Made by a program: the position numbers and the translations under genes
NCBI GenBank assembly: GCA_963732705.1
Contig: CAVTAN010000006.1
Location: forward strand, 286,073 to 350,072
Source of the DNA: an uncultured Acidobacteriota bacterium
Lineage (GTDB): Bacteria; Acidobacteriota; Terriglobia; Acidiferrales; UBA7541
Length of the DNA: 64,000 nt
Direction: 5' to 3'
Shown here: one piece after another, positions 28,269 to 37,512 of the stretch
Numbering within the stretch: the stretch's first letter is position 1
Layout of the letters: each line of letters opens with the position of its first letter
The notes under the pieces: model-generated
Told to the model about the DNA's origin: nothing
The model's database searches: none
Seen by the model: the letters and a program-made list of their open reading frames with translations, nothing else

Positions 28269-29415
28269 AGTTATCGAAATTCCGCCGCGTCTCGGCGAGG
28301 GAGTCTCCTCCGAATTTTTGCAGAAAAGCGTCCGCTAGCACAAGGGCTACCATGGCCTCGCCGGCTACCCCGGCCGCCGGCACCACGCACCAGTCCGACC
28401 GCTCATAAGCCGCCTGCACCGGCTCCTTGGTCACCATGTTGGCCGTACCCAACGCCCGCCGCAAAGTAGAAATCGGCTTCAAGTATCCACGCACCACCAC
28501 GTCTTGCCCGTTGGTAATTCCGCCTTCGACCCCGCCCGCCCGGTTCGACGAACGCAAAAACCGCCGCGCCTCCGCATCGTAAGAAATTTCATCCTGTACT
28601 TCGCTGCCGTACGCGGCCGCTCCGCTTACACCCGCCCCAATCTCCACGGCCTTGACCGCCTGAATACTCATCACTGCTTGCGCCAGCCGCCCGTCAAGCT
28701 TTTCATCCCACTGCGCGTGACTACCGAGACCCACCGGCACGTTGTGGGCTACCACTTCAAAAATCCCGCCCACCGTGTTTCCCGCTTTGAGCGCGGCGTC
28801 CACCTCGGTTTTCATTTTTTCCTGCAAAGCTTCATCAACGCACCGCAGCGGCGACTTCAAATCGGCACTAACCGCCGCTATTTCTTCCCAACTCGCCTCG
28901 CCCTCCATCGCGAAGTGTCCCACGCGTATTGTGTGACTCGCAATTTCCGTTCCCAATTCCCGCAGCAGCAATTTCGCGAATGCTCCCGCCGCCACTCGCG
29001 CTGCCGTTTCCCTTGCGGAAGCCCGCTCCAGCACATAGCGCGCGTCGTGAAAATTAAATTTCTGGGCCCCCGCCAGATCCGCGTGTCCCGGTCGCGGAGC
29101 GATCAGCCTCCGCTCCTTCCCCGCCGACTCCACGGACTCCTGGATCGGCAAACTCAGCTCCCAGTTGCTCCAATCGCGATTTTCAATCCGTAGCGCCACC
29201 GGCGCTCCGATGGTCTTTCCATGCCGCACTCCGGCAAAAATATCCGCGTGATCTTTCTCTATTTTTTGTCTGCCGCCACGCCCATACCCCAGCTGCCGGC
29301 GATGCAACTCGTGATTGATGAATGCCACATCCACCGGCAGCGCCGCCGGCAACCCCGAGACAAACGCCAGCAATGCCTGCCCGTGCGATTCTCCCGCGGT
29401 ATAAAATTTCAGCAT
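28243..29415 (-). CDS. aroC: Chorismate synthase
   Basis: TAGESHG, RPGHAD, RASARETA, GGITNG, KPIST, RSD. Confidence 0.97.
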   Translation of the reverse strand: MLKFYTAGESHGQALLAFVSGLPAALPVDVAFINHELHRRQLGYGRGGRQKIEKDHADIFAGVRHGKTIGAPVALRIENRDWSNWELSLPIQESVESAGKERRLIAPRPGHADLAGAQKFNFHDARYVLERASARETAARVAAGAFAKLLLRELGTEIASHTIRVGHFAMEGEASWEEIAAVSADLKSPLRCVDEALQEKMKTEVDAALKAGNTVGGIFEVVAHNVPVGLGSHAQWDEKLDGRLAQAVMSIQAVKAVEIGAGVSGAAAYGSEVQDEISYDAEARRFLRSSNRAGGVEGGITNGQDVVVRGYLKPISTLRRALGTANMVTKEPVQAAYERSDWCVVPAAGVAGEAMVALVLADAFLQKFGGDSLAETRRNFDNYGRQIDEF

Positions 29416-29555
29416 CCGCTCCGCATCTCTCCAGAAAGTCTAAAAGTGCTTGTCGTGATTAGCAAAGGAGTGTATCCGTCCAAGCTCCGAGCCGTCCAGT
29501 CGCCTCCGGAGCGCTACGAAATACGAAGTTCTTACGTAACTTTTGGGAGGCGGGC

Positions 29556-31799
29556 TTAGCTGGTGGTGGCCGACGGTGGGAACATCCGTTCGAATTCAGG
29601 CTCGCCGAGCAGCGGTGCCAGGTCCGGGTCACGACGCGCCCAGTTGGGATCCTTGAAACCCGCATCGTAAGCTTTACGCAAGGCATCCAGGGCTTCCGGC
29701 TTTTTCATCAGCAAACAAAAAACGCACGCCGCGTTGTACAGAATCGAAGCCTCATTAGCCCGCAAAGTCATGGCCATGGTGGTCTCCCGCATGGCATCTT
29801 CCAGACGATTCAACTCGGCGTAATAACCAGCCACCAGAATGCGTGCCCGCGCATCTTCCGGCACCTGCTTCAGGTGATTTTCGAATGCCGCCACCGCCCG
29901 CAGCTGGATGTTCTTCCGAACTTCCGGTTTGCCCAGCGCTCCCAGCGCATTCAGAATCGGCACATACACGTTGTAATCTTCGCCGCTCGCTTCCAGCGCC
30001 ACCTCGGCGGTATCCGCCACCTCGCGATACCGACCCGCGGAAAACAGCGCGCGGCAAAGCAAATAATAAGCTCCCTCGCAGTCTTTCTTCCTTTCGACGG
30101 CTTGCTGCACCATGCGCACCGATTCAGCATGTAAATCTGTCGCATACAGCACCCACGCTTGGCTGACCTGCACCTCCGGTAAATCCCAGCGCAGCGCCAC
30201 CGCTTTTCCCGAAGCGCTCCGCGCACGCTCCACCCAAACCTGGTCGCGGCTGTAATTGCAGTAGAACATGGCGCAGGCATTTGCGCAGGCTGCGTAGGCC
30301 AGCGCAAAGCTGGGATCGATGGCAACCGCGTTCTCGAACATCTGCAGGGCAAACTCCAGATCCTGGCGCGTTTGCCTTCGCGCGTAGCGCTTGCCCCGCA
30401 AATACAGATCGTAGGCCTGCAGGTTCTCGGTTGGTTTGATGGAGAGCGCTTCCAACTCTTGCGGCGACAGCGTCACTCGCAGCGCTTCGGCGATCTTGCG
30501 GGCGATCTCGTCCTGCACTTCGAAGACATCCTTCATTTCCCGGTCGTAGCGCTCGCTCCACAGCGGAAAATCCGTGCCGGTGTCCACCAGTTGGGTAGTG
30601 ATTCTCAATCTGTTTCCGGCTCGGCGCAGCGTGCCCGTCAGCACATAAGCTGCTTTCAACTGCTGACCGATCTGGCCCGGTGTGACCTGCTTGTCGCGAA
30701 AGGCCAGCACCGTCGGGCGCGAATAAGTATTAATTCCCCGAATTTTCGACAGTTCCGTGATGATGTCTTCGGTAATTCCGTCGCGGAGGTACTCGTCTTC
30801 GGTCACCTTACTCAAGTTTTCGAAATAAAGTACCGCCACCGATTTCACGCTCGAGCCGGTCTTTGCTGTGCCGCTCTTGCTCTCGCTCAATCCCGCGGCA
30901 CGTTTGCTTCCCGATTCCAGGTCCCGCTTTAGCCGCGTCAAATCGGTCTTCAGCTCCGTGGCTGACTGGCATCGCAGCGCGCGATCTTTCTCCAGCAATT
31001 TGGACAAGATGCGTCCTAACTCCGGAGGAACCGCCGAATTCTCCTCGGTCACCGGCACCGGGTCGCGATTCAGGATGGCGTCAAATATCAACGCCGAAGT
31101 ATCGCCCTGGAACGGCATCTTTCCGCTAGCCATCTGGTACATCACCGTTCCCAGCGAAAATAAATCGGTGCGGGCGTCCACCAATTGTCCGCGGGCCTGT
31201 TCCGGCGACATGTACATGACCGTACCTACGGCCGCCCCCGGAGACGTCAGACCGCCGCCGACCATGGTTTCCAGGGTGGAAGCCGACGGTCCCGATTGCG
31301 AGAGCTCAACGGGCTCTATTTTGGCCAGCCCAAAATCCAGCACCTTCATTTGTCCGCGATCGCTGACGAACAGGTTCGCAGGCTTAATGTCCCGGTGCAC
31401 AATGCCTTTCGCGTGCGCCGACTCCAGCGCATCCGCGATCTGAATGGCCATCGGCACCAATTTTTCCATGCTCAACGGCTGGTTCGTAATCATCTGCCCG
31501 AGGGTCTGCCCCTCCAGCAGTTCCATCACGATGAAGTGTTGCCCGCCGTCGTGTTCAATGGCGTGGATGGTGCAAATGTTGGGATGGTTCAGCGCCGAGG
31601 CTGCGCGCGCCTCACGCTGAAAGCGCTCGATCAGTTGACTGTCCTGCGCCATCGTTTCCGGCAGGAATTTTACCGCGACGCGGCGCCCCAAGCGCGTATC
31701 TTGGGCCTCGTACACCACGCCCATGCCCCCGCTTCCCAACGTTCGGGTGATTTCATAGTGCGAGATGGTCTGCCCTACACGGGAATCGGAGCTCGTCAT
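29556..31799 (-). CDS. Cytoplasmic Hanks-type Ser/Thr kinase with TolB-like and TPR domains
   Basis: [30 protein letters not shown]; [10 protein letters not shown] TolB-like domain; TPRs. Confidence 0.95.
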   Translation of the reverse strand: MTSSDSRVGQTISHYEITRTLGSGGMGVVYEAQDTRLGRRVAVKFLPETMAQDSQLIERFQREARAASALNHPNICTIHAIEHDGGQHFIVMELLEGQTLGQMITNQPLSMEKLVPMAIQIADALESAHAKGIVHRDIKPANLFVSDRGQMKVLDFGLAKIEPVELSQSGPSASTLETMVGGGLTSPGAAVGTVMYMSPEQARGQLVDARTDLFSLGTVMYQMASGKMPFQGDTSALIFDAILNRDPVPVTEENSAVPPELGRILSKLLEKDRALRCQSATELKTDLTRLKRDLESGSKRAAGLSESKSGTAKTGSSVKSVAVLYFENLSKVTEDEYLRDGITEDIITELSKIRGINTYSRPTVLAFRDKQVTPGQIGQQLKAAYVLTGTLRRAGNRLRITTQLVDTGTDFPLWSERYDREMKDVFEVQDEIARKIAEALRVTLSPQELEALSIKPTENLQAYDLYLRGKRYARRQTRQDLEFALQMFENAVAIDPSFALAYAACANACAMFYCNYSRDQVWVERARSASGKAVALRWDLPEVQVSQAWVLYATDLHAESVRMVQQAVERKKDCEGAYYLLCRALFSAGRYREVADTAEVALEASGEDYNVYVPILNALGALGKPEVRKNIQLRAVAAFENHLKQVPEDARARILVAGYYAELNRLEDAMRETTMAMTLRANEASILYNAACVFCLLMKKPEALDALRKAYDAGFKDPNWARRDPDLAPLLGEPEFERMFPPSATTS

Positions 31800-32067
31800 G
31801 GTCGGGCGATACTATTCTGCGGCATGGTAGCCGGTCAAGCCACGGGCAGTTGCTTCCTCTCAAAGGAGCGGGAAACGAATATCAGTTGACCGGCCGCTGA
31901 AGTGTCGAGGGTTGGCGTCCGACTGAGCTAATCTGGCGACCGCGTTCACCCAGCCTTGGTTTCTCGCTGCAAAATGGTCGGAGCAGCGCGTTGCTCCGCC
32001 AAAGTTCTTCGGTTCCTGGTCCTTATGTGGTCCAATCCGAATCGGAGAATTCCTAAGGCGGCGAACA

Positions 32068-32490
32068 ATGCTATCTAACAGGTCGATACCGCAAGCCACC
32101 GTGATTCCGGTTTTGGCGTATTCCGAAGTCAATCAGGCTGCCGCGTGGCTGTGCGATGCATTCGGCTTTACCGTGCGGCTGAGAATCGGTGACCATCGCG
32201 TGCAGTTGAACGTGGGAAACGGCGCGGTGATTCTAAGAGAACTGCGTCCGAACGAAATCGACGCCGTGCTGGGATTGGGATACTCGGTCACCGTTCGCGT
32301 CGAGGATGTGGATTCGCACTGTAAGCGGGCTCGTGATCATGGAGCTAAGATCACCCAGGAACCCGTCACTTATCCTTACGGGGAGCGTCAATACGACGCC
32401 GAGGATTTGGCCGGATATTCATGGAAGTTTTCGCAAACGGTGGCGGACGCGGATCCCCGCGATTGGGGCGGGATTGCGGAACAGCTATGA
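32068..32490 (+). CDS. VOC/glyoxalase family protein
   Basis: AWLCDAFGF, VEDVD.H..RA..GA.I..P..YG.R.Y...D..G..W.F. Confidence 0.88.
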   Translation: MLSNRSIPQATVIPVLAYSEVNQAAAWLCDAFGFTVRLRIGDHRVQLNVGNGAVILRELRPNEIDAVLGLGYSVTVRVEDVDSHCKRARDHGAKITQEPVTYPYGERQYDAEDLAGYSWKFSQTVADADPRDWGGIAEQL

Positions 32491-32663
32491 CATCCGTTGG
32501 GTACCCCCCTGTCACAGAGTTGAACAGTCGATAAAATGTAACCGAACGACTCCCCCATTTTCAGCAGTGATCGGTCACCGCCGAAGTCTCGCTCGCACAG
32601 ATGAAGACGAGCTGATTCCGTCAAGACCCCAGGAACAGTTCCGTTACACACAGTTCTGCTCCC

Positions 32664-32692
32664 TTGACGCCCATCATGCGCGCAGTTACGCT
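32664..32692 (+). promoter_or_regulatory. Sigma70-like promoter of mlaE
   Basis: TTGACG-17 nt-TACGCT. Confidence 0.55.
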
Positions 32693-32740
32693 TTCTTCGC
32701 GACCGCTCGCAGTCACGTCATCGGCATAACAAAGGCACTC

Positions 32741-33577
32741 GTGGCAGGCACTCCACTTCAAGTCGGCACGGAAGCAACTCCTCCCAAGATTTCGGTCTTT
32801 GATGTCCTTACCGATTCGGCCAAAGGTTTCGTCAGCAACGTTCAGGACTATTCCGAACTTTCCTACCAGTCGCTGAAAAACGTCCTGACGGGCCCTCGCT
32901 ATTTTCAGGACACCCTCGACCAAATGGATGACATCGGCGTCGGCTCGCTGCCCATTGTCCTGCTTTCGGGATTTTTCATTGGCGCCGTCATGGTTTTGCA
33001 GACAGGTTCGCAATTCACGCGTTTCGGCCAGGCGGCTCTCACCGGAGACGTGGTAGCTATCGCGCTGGTGCGCGAGCTTGGGCCTACCCTGACTGGAATT
33101 CTGGTGGCTGGCCGCTGCTCCTCGGGTATTGCTTCCGAACTTGGCTCCATGCTGGTCACCGAACAAGTCGACGCCATGCGCGCCATGGGCACAGACCCCA
33201 GCCGAAAGCTGGTTACGCCCCGCGTGATCGCCACCGTCTTGATGCTTCCGCTGCTCACCGCACTGAATGACTTCGTCGGTCTACTCGGCGGCTGCGTAGC
33301 CTCGGTGTTTTCGCTGCGTCTCGGCGCCGTCGAATTCTGGACCCGGGCCATCAAGGCGCTGGACTTCGCCGATCTAATGCAGGGCTTCACCAAGCCCATG
33401 GTTTACGGCTTCATTCTGGCGACCATAGGTTGCTACAAAGGTCTGACCGTTCGCGGCGGCACCCAGGGCGTCGGCCGCGCCACTACTCAAGCGGTAGTCG
33501 TGGCCTCCGTCCTGATCATTGCTGCTGACCTCTTCCTCACCAAGCTGGCTCTATACTTGGGCGATAAGCTTTTCTGA
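32741..33577 (+). CDS. mlaE: MlaE-family ABC permease (start uncertain)
   Basis: IGVGSLPIV, RELGP.LT..LVAGR..S.IASELGSM..TEQVDA, GG..GVGRATT.AVV. Confidence 0.92.
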   Translation: MAGTPLQVGTEATPPKISVFDVLTDSAKGFVSNVQDYSELSYQSLKNVLTGPRYFQDTLDQMDDIGVGSLPIVLLSGFFIGAVMVLQTGSQFTRFGQAALTGDVVAIALVRELGPTLTGILVAGRCSSGIASELGSMLVTEQVDAMRAMGTDPSRKLVTPRVIATVLMLPLLTALNDFVGLLGGCVASVFSLRLGAVEFWTRAIKALDFADLMQGFTKPMVYGFILATIGCYKGLTVRGGTQGVGRATTQAVVVASVLIIAADLFLTKLALYLGDKLF

Positions 33578-33662
33578 CCGAGACGTTTTCACGCGTTCGT
33601 GACCGCTCGCCCATCGCTACAACTTCGCCTAACAATTGCCGCTATAATCGCACTCAACTTAA

Positions 33663-34568
33663 ATGACCGCTTCCGCTTTCACGCCAGCCGCTCCCGATGT
33701 CGCCACCGCGCCCACGGTGGCTTTCGAAAATGTTTGTATGGGGTTTGGCGAAGGCGACGTGCTGCGCGGGGTTTCTTTCTCAGTGCCTAAACGGGAAACG
33801 CTGGTGCTGCTCGGTGAGACCGGCACGGGAAAAACGCTGACCTTAAAGCTCGCGGCCGGCTTGCTTCAACCGACGCGCGGCACCGTTACTGTTCTCGGAC
33901 AGGACCTTTCCGGCATGAGCGAGAAGGAACTTTTGCACCTCCGCGAACGCATCGGCTTCGTTTTTCAAGAAGGCGCGCTGTTCGACTCCATGACTGTCGG
34001 CGAAAATGTTGCCTATCGCCTGCGCGAAGAGCACGCGAAGGAAGAAGAAATCGAGCCTCGCGTAAAGGAAGCCCTACAGTTCGTAGAACTCGAACACACC
34101 GCCGATCAGTTGCCATCCGAACTGTCTGGCGGGATGCGTAGGCGCGTTTCCATCGCTCGCGCACTGATCAACCGCCCCGACCTCGTGCTGTACGATTCTC
34201 CAACAGCCGGTCTCGATCCGGTCACTTCGCAAACCATCATCGCGCTCATCATGCGTTTGCGAGACGTCTACGGCGTCACTGCGCTCCTGGCCACTCACCG
34301 CTTGCAGGACGGATTCGCTCTCGCCAATTTTCGCTTCGACAAAAACACCAAAGAAGTGGTGCGCAATGATGCGGTTCAATCCCGGGCCTCAAGCACACCA
34401 GCGACCTCCGCGCCACGCACATCCACGCCAGGCGCGTCCGCTGCCGAAGACCTGCAACCCGCCGTCACGCGTTTTCTGGTCTACAAGGACGGGCGCATTT
34501 ATTTCGAAGGCGATCCGCAGGAAATTGCTTCCACCAAAGATCCGTATCTGCGACGTTTCTTGGTTTGA
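33663..34568 (+). CDS. mlaF: MlaF-family ABC ATPase
   Basis: GETGTGKT, FQEGALFDSM, LSGGMRRR, YDSPTAGLDP. Confidence 0.9.
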   Translation: MTASAFTPAAPDVATAPTVAFENVCMGFGEGDVLRGVSFSVPKRETLVLLGETGTGKTLTLKLAAGLLQPTRGTVTVLGQDLSGMSEKELLHLRERIGFVFQEGALFDSMTVGENVAYRLREEHAKEEEIEPRVKEALQFVELEHTADQLPSELSGGMRRRVSIARALINRPDLVLYDSPTAGLDPVTSQTIIALIMRLRDVYGVTALLATHRLQDGFALANFRFDKNTKEVVRNDAVQSRASSTPATSAPRTSTPGASAAEDLQPAVTRFLVYKDGRIYFEGDPQEIASTKDPYLRRFLV

Positions 34569-34610
34569 TTATGCTGTAGTCTTGTTGCCAGGCTCGGGAG
34601 GGGAGTGGCA

Positions 34611-35666
34611 ATGGCCCAGAGGAAACAGCTCACTTGGACGGAGCTTCGCGTAGGCCTGTTCGTGCTGGTCGGCCTTTTTGTGCTGGCGGCGGGAATTTTC
34701 TACGTAACGGGAGCAGGAGCCTTGGGCCCGAAGTATCGCCTGCGCACGTTCCAGGCCGACGTTTCCGGTCTCGCCAACGGTGCCCCAGTTCGCGTAGACG
34801 GTGTTGATGTGGGAAACGTGGAGTCGATCAGCCTCGTCCCCCGCACCGCTGGCAAATCTCCCGGCAAAGCTAAGAACATTGCCATCGTCATGAAACTGGA
34901 ACGTCGCTATCAACCCGACATCCTCACCGACTCCGCCGCCAGTCTCCAGACCGAAGGCCTTCTCGGAAATAAATATGTCAACATCTCCCGCGGCTTCACG
35001 GGTGTCCCGCTGACCGAAGGCCAGGAAGTTCCCGCTTCCGAAGTCAAAGAGATCCTCGGCAGCCTGCAGGCCCTATCCGATTCCATGCAGGAAATCATGA
35101 ACGATGTGAAAGACGGCAAAGGGACCATCGGAAAGTTGCTCGTCGATCCGCAGGCCTACAACAATTTGAACGACACCCTTGCCAAAGCCAACACCCTGAT
35201 CGGCAACGTGCAGGCTGGCCACGGGACGCTTGGCAAGCTCGTCGCTTCCAACGATCTTTATAACAAGGTGGACAAGAGCCTCGACAACGTCAACGGTTTG
35301 GTTAGCGATGTGCGCACCGGAAAAGGCACCATCGCCAAGCTCCTCAACGATCCCACGCTCTATGATGAAGCCAAGCAAGCCCTCAACAACGGCAACGCCG
35401 TTCTCGGCGATGTTCGCGCCGGAAAGGGCAGCATCGGCAAGCTCATGAACGACGACACCCTCTACAATAAACTTCGCGACACCAGCTCGAATCTTGCCCA
35501 GGCATCCAGCAAGCTGAACGAAAACACCACCACCGCCGGCAAGCTCTTTTCCGATCCTAAACTATATGACAACCTCGCTGGCCTTACCGGCGATCTGCGT
35601 TTGCTGATTGGCGAATTCCGCCAGAATCCGGGGAAGTTCCTGCGCATAAAAGTAAGTGTCTTCTAA
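34611..35666 (+). CDS. mlaD: MlaD/MCE protein with repeated helical extension
   Basis: TM, GL..GAPVR..GV.VG.V, T.GLLG.KYV; 34-aa GKGT(I/L)GKL repeats. Confidence 0.9.
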   Translation: MAQRKQLTWTELRVGLFVLVGLFVLAAGIFYVTGAGALGPKYRLRTFQADVSGLANGAPVRVDGVDVGNVESISLVPRTAGKSPGKAKNIAIVMKLERRYQPDILTDSAASLQTEGLLGNKYVNISRGFTGVPLTEGQEVPASEVKEILGSLQALSDSMQEIMNDVKDGKGTIGKLLVDPQAYNNLNDTLAKANTLIGNVQAGHGTLGKLVASNDLYNKVDKSLDNVNGLVSDVRTGKGTIAKLLNDPTLYDEAKQALNNGNAVLGDVRAGKGSIGKLMNDDTLYNKLRDTSSNLAQASSKLNENTTTAGKLFSDPKLYDNLAGLTGDLRLLIGEFRQNPGKFLRIKVSVF

Positions 35667-35689
35667 GCGTTCGATGCCACTTCGGGAAC

Positions 35690-35723
35690 TTGTAATGTCT
35701 TTGTAACAATCCGACAATAGTAT
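35690..35723 (+). promoter_or_regulatory. Pho-box-like direct repeat plus -10 element upstream of the kinase-kinase-ppx operon
   Basis: TTGTAAT-GTCT-TTGTAAC (7-4-7) at 35690-35707, exactly 10 nt before TAGTAT at 35718-35723. Confidence 0.65.
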
Positions 35724-35764
35724 CCACGGTGGCCGCGACTGGCCTCGAGTAGCCTCTCAAACTC

Positions 35765-36526
35765 ATGGAAAATCAAGAAGTTCTACCCAAGCAGCCGCGT
35801 CCCGAAGCTGGCAAATCGACGCTCCCGCAACCGGGACGCCCCGTCCCCAGCCGGGCCTACCCCGGCGCACTCATCGTTGTAGAAGGCACCGACGGTTCCG
35901 GTAAAAGCACTCAACTTTATTTGCTCAAACGCTGGTTGGAAATTGGCGGCTATCGCCTGCACTTCACCGAATGGAATTCTTCTCCGCTGGTAAAGTCCGC
36001 CACGCGCCGCGGCAAGCAGCGCCGCCTCTTAACCCCCACCACCTTTTCTCTTTTGCACGCCGCGGACTTTGCCGACCGCTGCGAACGCCAGATTATGCCC
36101 TTGCTGCAGGGCGATTATCTGGTTCTGGCCGACCGCTATATTTACACCGCCTTTGCACGCGACGCGGCACGCGGCTGCCCGGCTCGCTGGCTGCGCAATC
36201 TCTATCGGTTCGCCCCGGTACCCGACATCACCTTTTACTTTCGCACCCCCCTCGATGTGGCTGTCCATCGCATCCTGAGCGGCCGTCCAAAATTAAAGTA
36301 TTACGAAGCCGGCATGGATCTGGGCATGTCTTACGATCGCGCTGAAAGCTTTAAACTTTTCCAGGCCCGCATCCTGGAGGAATACGACAAAATGGTGGAC
36401 ACCGATAATTTCGTGGTTCTCGATGGCACCATTCCCGTCAATAAGCTCCAAAAGCAGATGCGCGACATCGTGGCTTCCAAAATCGATCTCAAGCGCTTTG
36501 CACCACGTGTTCAGGAAGCGGAGTAA
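35765..36526 (+). CDS. Thymidylate-kinase-fold P-loop protein A (candidate PPK3-like catalytic subunit)
   Basis: IVVEGTDGSGKSTQ, TEWNSS, LADRYIYTAFARD, YEAGMD. Confidence 0.85.
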   Translation: MENQEVLPKQPRPEAGKSTLPQPGRPVPSRAYPGALIVVEGTDGSGKSTQLYLLKRWLEIGGYRLHFTEWNSSPLVKSATRRGKQRRLLTPTTFSLLHAADFADRCERQIMPLLQGDYLVLADRYIYTAFARDAARGCPARWLRNLYRFAPVPDITFYFRTPLDVAVHRILSGRPKLKYYEAGMDLGMSYDRAESFKLFQARILEEYDKMVDTDNFVVLDGTIPVNKLQKQMRDIVASKIDLKRFAPRVQEAE

Positions 36527-36528
36527 GC

Positions 36529-37489
36529 ATGCCCAATCAGGAAAAAGATCTCGACAAGCACGCGGATAAACATTCGGAAAAAAATCCTGACAAGCACGAC
36601 GACAAAGATGTCGAGCGCGATAGAGAAAAATTACGCGACAAGGAACGGGACAAAGTCACCGCCTCCAACGCGGTTACCGACACCCTGCCCGGACACCCTG
36701 CCCCTCCACTGCCCGGACCCGCGGGCAAATCCGCTGCCGAAGGCGAAGATGAAGCCTCCCATTATTTTTTTGGCGAGCCCCTCGTCGGTTTCGATCCCGC
36801 GGAAATCACCGGAACACTCGTAGTCATCGAAGGCATGGACGGCTCGGGCCGCTCCACACAGATCACTTTGCTTCAGGAATGGCTGGAGTCCGAAGGCTTC
36901 GCCGTTCAGACCAGCGGGCCTGCGCCGCTCCAACCTGGTGGGCAGCGACATCGATCAACTCCTCGCCAAAAACGCCGTCACCCGCTTGACGCTGGCACTC
37001 ATGTACGCCACCGATTTCTTTGACCAGGTCGAACACCGCATCCTCCCGGCTTTGCGCTCCGGAACCGTAGTCCTCGCCGACCGTTTCATCTTCACCTTGA
37101 TCGCCCGTGGCGTAGTTCGCGGCATCAACCGGGATTATATGAGCGGTCTTTACGCCATGGCCCTCCGTCCCCATCTTACTTTCTGGCTCAACGTCCGCCC
37201 CGAAACCGCTTTCGGCCGCGAGTTCAAAAAGTCCCAGGCCATCAGCTACTGGGAAGCCGGCCGCGACATGTCGCTTTCGCACGATCTTTACTGGTCCTTC
37301 ATTCGCTACCAGACCATGATCAAACGCGAATTTGAAGTCATGGCCAAGCGCCACAATTTTATCGAGCTGGACGGCGAAGCCAGCGTGGCCGCGGTAAACC
37401 GCTAACTGCGCCAGCGAATTGGCGAACAGCTCGGCATCCGCGCCACCAAGTACGCTCCTTCTTCAGCCCTCGCGCACCTTTGGCGCTAA
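36529..37489 (+). CDS. Thymidylate-kinase-fold protein B with variant P-loop; +1 indel at 36916-36918 and in-frame TAA at 37403
   Basis: VIEGMDGSGRSTQ, LADRFIFTLIAR, WEAGRD; removing one G joins the 36529 and 36938 ORFs; the frame continues past TAA to a stop at 37489. Confidence 0.8.
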
Positions 37490-37512
37490 CCCGCTGAATG
37501 CTTATTAAATGA

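Noticed and set aside
32306-32740. N-terminal extension of MlaE in the ORF track
   Set aside because: Overlaps the VOC gene and spans a good promoter at 32664-32692; real start is likely 32741 or later
16998-37405. Stop-codon reassignment suggested by two in-frame stops
   Set aside because: The stops differ (TGA and TAA), and both codons terminate many normal genes here
35765-37489. Annotation of the pair as tmk (dTMP kinase)
   Set aside because: Missing TREP/AYQ motifs, tandem paralogy, Pho box and ppx context argue against it; gene symbol withheld
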